Positions 8,870 through 16,689 of a DNA stretch of 64,000 bases are shown in pieces. Source of the DNA: Patescibacteria group bacterium (GTDB lineage: Bacteria > Patescibacteriota > Patescibacteriia > UBA11705 > JABHMO01). Position 1 is the stretch's first letter; each line of letters starts with the position of its first letter. The notes below the pieces were generated by a model, which ran no database searches, was not told the DNA's origin, and was given only the letters and a program-made list of their open reading frames with translations. The DNA is taken from the NCBI GenBank assembly GCA_018818405.1, contig JAHIRY010000038.1:35449-99448 (forward strand). The letters run 5' to 3'. Both the position numbers and the translations under genes were made by a program.

Positions 8870-10207
8870 ATGAAAAAATTTCCCAGTTTCAAAAACAAAA
8901 AAATTCTCATCCTCGGACTCGGTTTGCTCGGACGCGGAATCAAGGATGCTATTTTTTTTGCGGAAAAAGGAGCTGACGTTAGAATTACGGATTTGAAGAC
9001 AGCTGATCAACTGAAAGAATCATTGGAAAAATTGAAAAAATATAATTTTAAATTCACTCTGGGCGAACACAAGGAGCAAGATATTTTGGAAGCTGATCTT
9101 ATTATTCGCAACGCCGCTGTTCCCGCATCTTCCGAATTTTTAAAATTTGCAAAAAAGAAAAAAATTCCGGTTGACATGGATGAATCTTTGTTCGCCGAAT
9201 ATTGTCCTTGTCCGATCATCGGCATTACCGGCACCAGAGGCAAGAGCACCACAACCGCGCTGATCGGAAAAATTTTGCAAAACAATCTGGAATTTTTAAA
9301 AAGAAAAAATGTTTATGTGGCGGGCAACATAAAAGGAGAAGCCACGCTTCCGCTGATCGACAAAGTGACAAAAGATGATTTGGTTGTTCTCGAACTTTCC
9401 AGCTGGCAACTCCAAGGATTCGGCCGAAAAAAAATCAGTCCCCATATTTCGATTGTCACCAATATTTATCCGGATCATCTCAATTCCTACAAAAACATGA
9501 GAGAATACGCCAATGACAAAAAATTTATTTTTCTTTTCCAGAAAAAAAAGGACTTCTGCATTTTGAATGAAAAAAATCCTTACACAAAAAAAATGGGACC
9601 GGAAGTAAAATCAAAATTGATCTGGTTTTCAAAAAAAGATGTGCCAAAAAATTGGAAATTAACAATGCTCGGAAAACATAATTTAGAAAACGCGTCCTCC
9701 GCCATGGCAGTGGGAAAAATTCTCGGACTTTCAAAAAAACAAATGCAATCAAGCATCTCTGAATTTCCCGGTCTGGAACATCGGCTTGAATTTGTAAAAA
9801 AATTGAATAATGTGAACTTTATAAACGACACAACCAGCACCACTCCCATTGCCGGCCAAAAAGCGCTCGAAGCCATTCCCGGACCAATCATTCTCATCGC
9901 CGGCGGCGCGAGCAAAAATTTGATATTAAAAGATTTCGCGAAAACAATAGTAAAAAAAGCGAAAAGCGTTATTCTTCTCGACGGAAATGCCACGGACGCG
10001 CTGGAACGCGATATCAAATATTTTGGCGGCGATCATCTGATCATCGGACGCTTCAACGATTTCAATGAAGCTGTGACGCGAGCGTATGACCATAGCTTGC
10101 CCGGCGATACTATTTTATTGTCTCCCGGTTGCGCCAGTTTTGGATTGTTTGTCAATGAATTTGACCGCGGAGAACAATTCAAAAAAATAGTTAACAAACT
10201 TCAATAA
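8870..10207 (+). CDS. murD: UDP-N-acetylmuramoylalanine--D-glutamate ligase
   Basis: N-terminal Rossmann GLGLLGRG, GITGTRGKSTTT P-loop; stop overlaps the ftsW ATG (TAATG). Confidence 0.9.
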   Translation: MKKFPSFKNKKILILGLGLLGRGIKDAIFFAEKGADVRITDLKTADQLKESLEKLKKYNFKFTLGEHKEQDILEADLIIRNAAVPASSEFLKFAKKKKIPVDMDESLFAEYCPCPIIGITGTRGKSTTTALIGKILQNNLEFLKRKNVYVAGNIKGEATLPLIDKVTKDDLVVLELSSWQLQGFGRKKISPHISIVTNIYPDHLNSYKNMREYANDKKFIFLFQKKKDFCILNEKNPYTKKMGPEVKSKLIWFSKKDVPKNWKLTMLGKHNLENASSAMAVGKILGLSKKQMQSSISEFPGLEHRLEFVKKLNNVNFINDTTSTTPIAGQKALEAIPGPIILIAGGASKNLILKDFAKTIVKKAKSVILLDGNATDALERDIKYFGGDHLIIGRFNDFNEAVTRAYDHSLPGDTILLSPGCASFGLFVNEFDRGEQFKKIVNKLQ

Positions 10208-11328
10208 TGCTTAAATTTAAAAAAACATCAGGCTATCACGCGCCAGATTATGTTTTGATTGCCGCCTTCGGATTACTCGTCTTTCTCGGCATTATCATAT
10301 TGTCTTCCGCCGGAGCTGCCATCGGATATCAAAAATTTTCCGACAGCTATTATCTGGTAAAGCATCAAATATTCTACGGACTTTTGCCGGGAATTGCTTT
10401 GTTTTTTCTTTTCTCGAAAATCAATTATCAAATTTGGAAAAAACTGACGCTTCCACTGCTGGTAATTTCCATTCTTCTGCTCATCATTGTTTTTATTCCC
10501 GGAATCGGCGCTGAATACGGAACAGCGAAAAGCTGGATAAATCTGGGAAATTTTTCTTTTCAGCCGGCAGAGCTGGTAAAGCTGACTTTTTTGCTTTACT
10601 TGGCAACATGGCTGGAAAAAAGAGGAATTTTTGGCGTCAAAGATTTTTATTCCGGATTTTTGCCTTTTTTATTTTTGATCGGCGTGATTTCCATTCTAAT
10701 GCTCTTGCAACCGGACATGGGAACCTTGACAATCATAATTTTCATGTGCATTTCGGTTTTCTTCGCATCCGGCGCAAAATTCAAACATGTCGCTTCATTG
10801 CTCATGGCCGGAGCGCTGGCGATTTATCTGTTGATCGTCAAATCTCCGTATCGCGCGGCGAGGCTAACCACTTTTCTCCATCCGGAGCTCGATCCGCAAG
10901 GAATCGGCTATCATATCAACCAAGCTTTTCTGGCAATCGGATCCGGCGGATTTTTCGGCCGAGGATTCGGACATTCCAGACAAAAATTTCTTTATCTTCC
11001 GGAAGTCACCGGCGATTCCATTTTCGCGGTAATGGCCGAGGAGCTCGGATTTTTCCTCTGTCTGTTAATCGTCGGACTTTACATTTTAATTTTTCTGCGC
11101 GGATTGAATATTGCAAAAAAATCTCCCGATCAATTCGGGAAATTAATTGTAATCGGCGTTCTGAGCTGGATTACCTTTCAATCATTTTTTAACATTTCCT
11201 CAATGCTCGGACTCCTGCCCATGACCGGCGTGCCTCTTCCATTCATCAGCTACGGCGGTTCTGCGCTGGCCGTGGGAATGGCCGCTTTCGGCATTGTCAC
11301 AAATATTTCAAAACAAACGCAAGAGTGA
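10207..11328 (+). CDS. ftsW: SEDS-family peptidoglycan polymerase FtsW/RodA
   Basis: 10-TM SEDS architecture, conserved PEVTGDSIFA and C-terminal GGSA motifs; dcw context. Confidence 0.85.
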   Translation: MLKFKKTSGYHAPDYVLIAAFGLLVFLGIIILSSAGAAIGYQKFSDSYYLVKHQIFYGLLPGIALFFLFSKINYQIWKKLTLPLLVISILLLIIVFIPGIGAEYGTAKSWINLGNFSFQPAELVKLTFLLYLATWLEKRGIFGVKDFYSGFLPFLFLIGVISILMLLQPDMGTLTIIIFMCISVFFASGAKFKHVASLLMAGALAIYLLIVKSPYRAARLTTFLHPELDPQGIGYHINQAFLAIGSGGFFGRGFGHSRQKFLYLPEVTGDSIFAVMAEELGFFLCLLIVGLYILIFLRGLNIAKKSPDQFGKLIVIGVLSWITFQSFFNISSMLGLLPMTGVPLPFISYGGSALAVGMAAFGIVTNISKQTQE

Positions 11329-11423
11329 ACGAAGCGTTAAAGCGAGAAAGCAAGAAAGCAAGTTAAGCTTGTAAGCTCGCGAGCAAAATACGTTAATTCT
11401 TCGTACAATGCTTATCTCGCTAA
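11329..11423. repeat. repeat family R3, copy 2, with an internal inverted AGCGAGATAAGCA arm
   Basis: AGCGAGAAAGCAAGAAAGCAAGTTAAGC ... TGCTTATCTCGCT. Confidence 0.6.
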
Positions 11424-12605
11424 TTACGGCGCCATCTCCCGTAATTTTTTTATTGCCACGGTCAGAGATTTGATAAAAGTATTTACTTCAACTTCAGTAT
11501 TATCTTTTCCCAACGAGATACGAATACTGCCATGCGCCCATTTCGGCTGAACGCCCATGGCGGTCAGCACATGCGACGGTTCCAACGAACCGGATGAACA
11601 CGCGGATCCGGTGGAAACCGCAACGCCATCCATATCGAGAAGCATGAGAATGCTCTCTCCTTCGGCATTTTGAAAACTCACATTGATAATATTCGGCAAT
11701 TGAAATTCTCCTTTGCCGTTGAATCTCACATTTTCGAATTTTTCCAATTCACCGGCAATTTTACTTTTTATTTTTTTTATTTTCTGAATATTTTTTTCCT
11801 GTTCATCAGCCACCAGTTCGACCGCTTTGCCAAGACCGACAATCCCCGGGACATTCAATGTTCCCGGCCGCAAACTGTATTCCTGATGTCCGCCGAAAGC
11901 GAGCGGCTCAAACTTTATTCCTCTTTTTGCAAACAATCCGCCGATTCCTTTCGGTCCGAATATTTTGTGTCCGGAAAAAGAAAGAAAATCAACGCCCAGC
12001 CAATTTACCTGGCAGGGCAAATAATTAAAAGCTTGCACTGCGTCAACATGAAAATAAATCGGCAAACCTTTTTCTCCGCGCCGGTCTCTTTCAACTTTTA
12101 TGATTTCGCTGATTTCTCTGATCGGTTGAATTGATCCGACTTCATTATTGGCGTACATAATGGAAATCAAAACGGTATTCGGCTGAATCAATTCTTTCAA
12201 TTTTTCCAATTTCACAACGCCCGCCGAGTCAACTTCAACAAAACCAGCTTCAATCCCCTCTTTTTTTGAAATCGTTTTAAATACTTCCAAAACAGAAGGA
12301 TGTTCTATTTTCGAAGTGATGATATGCAAATTGTCTTGTGTCTGCAAAAGTGAATTTATAATTCCCTGAATCGCCAAATTATTACTCTCGGTAGCGCCGG
12401 AAGTAAAAATAATTTCCTGCGTTTCACAACTCAAATAATTGGCGATTTTTTCTCTCGCATCATCAATCGCGCTCAGCGCTGATTGTCCCGACGAATGCGC
12501 TGAATTGGGATTGCCGAAATTTTCCTGAAAAAACGGCAACATTTCCTGCAACACGCGAGGATCGACTTTTGTTGTCGCTGAATTATCGTAATAAATTTCT
12601 TTCAT
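11424..12605 (-). CDS. iscS: cysteine desulfurase (NifS/IscS class)
   Basis: PLP-lysine region SGHKIFGPKGIGGL, conserved C-terminal active-site Cys loop. Confidence 0.9.
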   Translation of the reverse strand: MKEIYYDNSATTKVDPRVLQEMLPFFQENFGNPNSAHSSGQSALSAIDDAREKIANYLSCETQEIIFTSGATESNNLAIQGIINSLLQTQDNLHIITSKIEHPSVLEVFKTISKKEGIEAGFVEVDSAGVVKLEKLKELIQPNTVLISIMYANNEVGSIQPIREISEIIKVERDRRGEKGLPIYFHVDAVQAFNYLPCQVNWLGVDFLSFSGHKIFGPKGIGGLFAKRGIKFEPLAFGGHQEYSLRPGTLNVPGIVGLGKAVELVADEQEKNIQKIKKIKSKIAGELEKFENVRFNGKGEFQLPNIINVSFQNAEGESILMLLDMDGVAVSTGSACSSGSLEPSHVLTAMGVQPKWAHGSIRISLGKDNTEVEVNTFIKSLTVAIKKLREMAP

Positions 12606-12641
12606 AAAAATTATTTTTAAAATTCGTGATAAATTTATTTC

Positions 12642-12902
12642 TTATTCCACGGCAATCACTTCCGTCACTTCAGGCACGGCTTTTTTTATTTTCGCTTCTA
12701 CGAAATTTTTCAAAGTAATCGAAGCCATGGGACAATGCTTGCACGCTCCCTGCAAACGCACTTTTACTATTCCATTGTCATCAACTTCGACAAATTCCAA
12801 ATCGCCGCCATCCATCTGAATCGCCGGACGAATTTCTTCTATTACTTTTTTTACATCTTGCAACATAAACAATTTATTATTTTTAAAATTTGTTAATCGC
12901 AT
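12642..12902 (-). CDS. NifU C-terminal-domain (Nfu-type) Fe-S carrier; the start may be the internal MLQDVKK at 12866
   Basis: IRPAIQMDGGDLEFVEV...CKHCPMAS motif. Confidence 0.75.
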   Translation of the reverse strand: MRLTNFKNNKLFMLQDVKKVIEEIRPAIQMDGGDLEFVEVDDNGIVKVRLQGACKHCPMASITLKNFVEAKIKKAVPEVTEVIAVE

Positions 12903-12928
12903 CAGGCGGGTGCAACCCGCCTCTACAT
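12903..12928. repeat. hairpin module R1 (AGGCGGGTGCAACCCGCCTCTACA)
   Basis: identical 25-mer recurs inside the composite repeat at 39262-39286. Confidence 0.7.
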
Positions 12929-12934
12929 TTTTGA

Positions 12935-13330
12935 TTATCTCGCTTTCTCGCTCACCAACAAATAATTTTCAATCGCTTTTTTCAACGCATTCTGCGCCAA
13001 AATGGAACAATGCTGTTTGATCAACGGCACGCCGCCCAATTCTTCCACAATATCTTGTTTTGTAATTTTCATCGCCGAATCCAAGGTTTTTCCTTTTGCC
13101 AAATCTGTCAGAGAAGAAGAGGCGGCAATGGCAGCGGCGCAACCCAAAGTTTCGAATTTGATGTCATCAATGATTTCCTCGCCGGCTTGATTCTTTTTCA
13201 CTTTAATATAAATTTTCATGATATCACCGCATTTGATATTTCCCGCTTCACCGACAGCGTCAGCATCTTTAATTTTTCCCTGATTGTGCGGATTTTTGAA
13301 ATATTCCAATAATTTTTTTGAATACTGCAT
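12935..13330 (-). CDS. iscU: Fe-S cluster scaffold IscU/NifU N-terminal domain
   Basis: three conserved Cys (GNIKCGD, LGCAAA, QHCSILA), 131 aa. Confidence 0.9.
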   Translation of the reverse strand: MQYSKKLLEYFKNPHNQGKIKDADAVGEAGNIKCGDIMKIYIKVKKNQAGEEIIDDIKFETLGCAAAIAASSSLTDLAKGKTLDSAMKITKQDIVEELGGVPLIKQHCSILAQNALKKAIENYLLVSEKAR

Positions 13331-13420
13331 ATTTTGTTGATTAATTAATGAATTTATAAATGCGACTAGCCAATAATTTATTCCAGGCTACATGATTTAC
13401 TGTTCTATTACTGATTTACG

Positions 13421-13540
13421 CAATTTCGAATTTAGGATTTAATTGAATTCTAGGCGCAAGATTTTGCGCCTCTACGAAATTCAAAATTTTAAATTGTGCT
13501 CCCTGCCAAGTGCTCTTTGCTCCCTGCTCATTGCTCGCTG
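13421..13540. repeat. composite structured intergenic repeat, copy 1 (nested hairpins plus CT-rich GCTCCCTGC tail) inserted between iscR and iscU
   Basis: near-identical TTTCGAATTTAGGATTTAATTGAATTCTAGGCGCAAGATTTTGCGCC and TGCTCCCTGC blocks at 39203-39345. Confidence 0.75.
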
Positions 13541-13574
13541 AAACCAAACTTTCAACTAACACTATATTCTAACC

Positions 13575-13964
13575 TCAAATCAACTCCGCCAAACTAATCT
13601 CACCCAATGTTTTTCTGATCTGGCTGTAAAGCTTTGCCCAGACAGGATGAATTTTGCATTTTTTCGAATTGCAATGGATTCCTTTATCCGCGCAAGAAAA
13701 CGGCGCAACAGAACCATCCAAAGCTTCAATCATTTCCAAAACACTGATTTCTTTTGCCGGCCGAGTCAAATAATATCCGCCCTTTGCGCCCAGATCAGCC
13801 CGAATAAGCTCAGCTTTTTTCAGCTGAGCGAACAATCTTTCCAGATAAGCAAGGGAAAGGCCTTCTTCCTTGGCAATCATTGCCAAAGAAACCGGATTTT
13901 CTCCGTTTTTGTCCAGATGCACGATGGCGCGCAATCCGTATTCCGATTTGGTTGAAAATTTCAT
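13575..13964 (-). CDS. iscR: Rrf2-family transcriptional regulator (IscR-like)
   Basis: N-terminal wHTH, C-terminal Cys cluster; heads the iscU-nfu-iscS operon. Confidence 0.8.
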   Translation of the reverse strand: MKFSTKSEYGLRAIVHLDKNGENPVSLAMIAKEEGLSLAYLERLFAQLKKAELIRADLGAKGGYYLTRPAKEISVLEMIEALDGSVAPFSCADKGIHCNSKKCKIHPVWAKLYSQIRKTLGEISLAELI

Positions 13965-13993
13965 AAAACCAACCCTTTTAGTAGGTCTTTGTC

Positions 13994-14021
13994 ATTATAG
14001 CAAAAAAATAAACCTTGTCAA
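13994..14021 (-). promoter_or_regulatory. sigma70-type promoter TTGACA-16-TATAAT for the iscR operon (minus strand)
   Basis: reverse complement of 13994-14021 gives TTGACAaggtttatttttttgcTATAAT about 30 nt upstream of the iscR ATG. Confidence 0.5.
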
Positions 14022-14027
14022 TAAAAA

Positions 14028-14078
14028 AATTCGCCCGGCAACAGTTGTTGCCGGGCTCGGTTTTTTTCTACAGCTCCG
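14028..14078. terminator. intrinsic terminator after prs (bidirectional form)
   Basis: A7, GCCCGGCAACA-GT-TGTTGCCGGGC hairpin, T7. Confidence 0.65.
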
Positions 14079-15081
14079 GATCAATGTCATCATAAAGCTT
14101 GCGCTTGTATGCTTCCAATGAACCGCCATCATGAATGATTTGAATCGCGTCAGCAAAGTATCTCATTGCCGAAAGAACTCGAAGTTTCGGAATTCTCTTT
14201 TCCGCGGGAATGGGAATCGTATCCATGAAAATAACTTCCTTGACCAAAGGATGCTCTTGCAACTTTCTCAAATTTGCCAGATTGGTCAAAACAGGATGCG
14301 TCACCGCGATTCGCAAAGAAGCCAATCCCTGTTCCGCTAAAAAATCGGCGGAAACGAGAATTGTCCCCAAACTCATCGCCTCATCATCAAACATCCAGCC
14401 GTGCTTGCCCTTGACCTCGCCGATCATTGCCACAGGCACCGCCTTTTCCGAGTCATCATAGCGCCGTTTATCAATAATCGCGATCGGAATTTTCAACATG
14501 CTGGCAATGGGACCGGCATGCTTCCCTTCATTGATATCCGGAGCAATAACCACCGAATCGGTCAAATCATAATTGAGAATAATTTCTCGAGAAAAAATTG
14601 CTTTGGAGCGAAGAGTTTCCACTTTGCACTTGCCTTCGTCGAAAAACCCATTTATTTGCAAAAAATGAGGATCCATCAAAAGAACGCCTTGCGCTCCCGC
14701 CTCTTGCAACAAATCCGCAAAAAGTTTGGCTCCGAGAGTTGATCGCGGATGATCCTTTTTGTCGCTTCGAATATATGGCATATACGGAAGAACCGCAATA
14801 ATCCGTTCAGAGCCATTGTCACGCAAAGTTCGAAGAAGACAGAGCAACTCGAGGATATGCTCGCTCACATTCGGCGACTGCGTCTGAATAACGAAACAAG
14901 TAAACCCGCGGACATTTTTTTTGACATCCACCAAAAAATTTCCATTGGAAAACAATTTGATTTGCGGGCTGTCCGGCGGTCCATCTGTCGGCTCTTCCAG
15001 CGGCACGCACAGTTGGCGCGCCACCATTCTGGCAAATTCGATATGCGAACTGCCAGAGAAAAGTCTGATTCCGTGCGACAT
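14068..15081 (-). CDS. prs: ribose-phosphate pyrophosphokinase
   Basis: N-terminal LFSGSS, RIIAVLPYMPY, divergent PRPP loop MFDDEAMSLGT; length 337 aa. Confidence 0.8.
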   Translation of the reverse strand: MSHGIRLFSGSSHIEFARMVARQLCVPLEEPTDGPPDSPQIKLFSNGNFLVDVKKNVRGFTCFVIQTQSPNVSEHILELLCLLRTLRDNGSERIIAVLPYMPYIRSDKKDHPRSTLGAKLFADLLQEAGAQGVLLMDPHFLQINGFFDEGKCKVETLRSKAIFSREIILNYDLTDSVVIAPDINEGKHAGPIASMLKIPIAIIDKRRYDDSEKAVPVAMIGEVKGKHGWMFDDEAMSLGTILVSADFLAEQGLASLRIAVTHPVLTNLANLRKLQEHPLVKEVIFMDTIPIPAEKRIPKLRVLSAMRYFADAIQIIHDGGSLEAYKRKLYDDIDPEL

Positions 15082-15200
15082 GATTTGTCCCTCCTTTTGC
15101 TGCGGAAATCCGCTTAAATTTTAACGCTAATCATTCATCGTGTCAAAAAAAAACGCCCGATTGTGGACAGTTTTGAAAAAATTAAATTAACCACTTATTT

Positions 15201-15331
15201 TACCTGTCAAACGGGGAGGAAAGAGATTGAGAGATTGAGAGATTCAGTAAATGAATAATTTTAGAACTAAAAATTACTCAATCTCTCTATCTCTAAATCT
15301 CTCAGTATCTCAATCCCACCTTCCGTCAAAC
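15201..15331. mobile_element. MITE-like hairpin element (~110 bp) with arms built from GAGATT hexamer repeats, flanked by a 7-bp direct repeat GTCAAAC
   Basis: GAGATTGAGAGATTGAGAGATTCAGTA ... TACTCAATCTCTCTATCTCTAAATCTC inverted arms; GTCAAAC at both ends. Confidence 0.45.
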
Positions 15332-16221
15332 TATTTGGAAATCAACAAAATCCGCTTTTGTCCTTCCAATATTTTCACGGCCTTTTCCGAGTCGCTCAGA
15401 TTAGACTCGTACATGCGGATCGGCGAACCGTTTTTGTCCGGCGGCAAGTCATGAATCGCGTTCATTATAACATCTTGCTTAAATTTAAAACCGTTTCCCT
15501 TTGTGCGAGTGCCCGGATCATTGGTAATAAAATATTTGCCGTCATATCCGCGAATTACCAAATAATGAAAAATCGGCCCGAGGCCGGAATAATACGGTCC
15601 ATTAAGCTCTCTGCCGGCGGTCGGAACAATCACAATCGAATTATCAGCCAATGCTTTTTTAATGGAATCAATGGAAACATCATCTCTTATCTCCGCTTTC
15701 AATCCGAAATATTCTTCAGCCATTTTTTTCGATTCATCCAAAGTCGTATCAGTATATGCTCCGAACATTTTCTTTTCCCACTCAACCAATTTTAAAATTT
15801 CCGTATTTGCAACCGATTCTGAAACTTCTTTTTCTCCCTTAAAATATTTGGCCGCTGAAATCAAGGCCGCTTCTTCGCAAGCTTCCTGATACGGCAATCC
15901 CCAATCGCCGGTCGGAGCTTGAGATACGAAAGGAGCTTTCAAATCCAAACTTTTCGGCAAATCCGATTCATCATCTTGATTCATATTTGCAATATTCGCG
16001 ACAGTTTCTCTGATCGGTTCTGTCACTTTCGCCACGGCTTCAACCGCTTTTTTTACAACAGAAGTTTCCTCTTTTTCCACAGCGACAACCGCGGCTTCTT
16101 CCTTCACTGCGGGAATATTATCAATCTTTGTTTCATTCAAATCAAAATCTGCTTCACTCGTACATCCGGAAAGCAAAAATGCTAAAATTAGAATTCCCAG
16201 GATTGAAATTTCTTTATTCAT
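15331..16221 (-). CDS. lipoprotein with papain-like C39-like peptidase domain (ORF to 16269; likely start is MNKEISIL, lipobox LLSGC)
   Basis: QAPTGDWGLPYQEACEEAAL Gln/Cys block and downstream His/Asn-Asp; signal peptide plus lipobox. Confidence 0.7.
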   Translation of the reverse strand: MNKEISILGILILAFLLSGCTSEADFDLNETKIDNIPAVKEEAAVVAVEKEETSVVKKAVEAVAKVTEPIRETVANIANMNQDDESDLPKSLDLKAPFVSQAPTGDWGLPYQEACEEAALISAAKYFKGEKEVSESVANTEILKLVEWEKKMFGAYTDTTLDESKKMAEEYFGLKAEIRDDVSIDSIKKALADNSIVIVPTAGRELNGPYYSGLGPIFHYLVIRGYDGKYFITNDPGTRTKGNGFKFKQDVIMNAIHDLPPDKNGSPIRMYESNLSDSEKAVKILEGQKRILLISK

Positions 16222-16262
16222 ATTGGATAATATACAACATTTCGTATATTTGCACAAATCGC

Positions 16263-16291
16263 TTGACATTTGGGAATATTTTGGATAAACT
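16263..16291 (+). promoter_or_regulatory. putative promoter TTGACA-17-TAAACT for rpmA
   Basis: hexamers seen 35 nt upstream of rpmA. Confidence 0.4.
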
Positions 16292-16325
16292 GATTAAGCG
16301 ATAAAATAATAATAATTTTAGCGAT

Positions 16326-16607
16326 ATGGCACATAAGAAAGCGGGCGGCAGTACCGCCCTGGGCCGAGACTCTGCCGGACAAAGGCTCGGAATAAAAAAA
16401 TCTGGCGGACAGACGGTAAAATCGGGAAATATCATTGTGCGCCAGAGAGGAACAAAGGTTCATCCCGGTAAAAATGTAATGATCGGCGGCGATGACACGC
16501 TCTTCGCCACATCAGCCGGCAATGTAAAATTCCTGCGCAAAAAAGTCAAAAATTTTACCGGCAAATTGAAAAAACGAATTTTTGTCAGTATTGTAGCGGC
16601 AAAGTAA
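16326..16607 (+). CDS. rpmA: 50S ribosomal protein L27
   Basis: [10 protein letters not shown]...IIVRQRGTK near-universal L27 sequence. Confidence 0.95.
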   Translation: MAHKKAGGSTALGRDSAGQRLGIKKSGGQTVKSGNIIVRQRGTKVHPGKNVMIGGDDTLFATSAGNVKFLRKKVKNFTGKLKKRIFVSIVAAK

Positions 16608-16618
16608 AACTTCTAAAA

Positions 16619-16680
16619 ACAGAGTTAAATCTCTGTTTTTTGTTTGACAAAAAAATGCGGGAGAAAATGTTATTTCTCCC
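16619..16680. terminator. two back-to-back intrinsic terminators, one per strand
   Basis: ACAGAG-TTAAAT-CTCTGT plus T-run for rpmA; A-run plus GCGGGAGA-loop-TCTCCCGC for the minus-strand gene. Confidence 0.6.
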
Positions 16681-16689
16681 GCGTATTAC

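Noticed and set aside
10608-11192. 194-aa Arg/Ser-rich ORF inside ftsW, and similar nested ORFs (142-483, 2460-2996, 6028-6714, 9580-10017, 42772-43111 and others)
   Set aside because: These are alternate-frame ORFs fully contained within well-supported conserved genes, with low-complexity or biased composition and no independent support.
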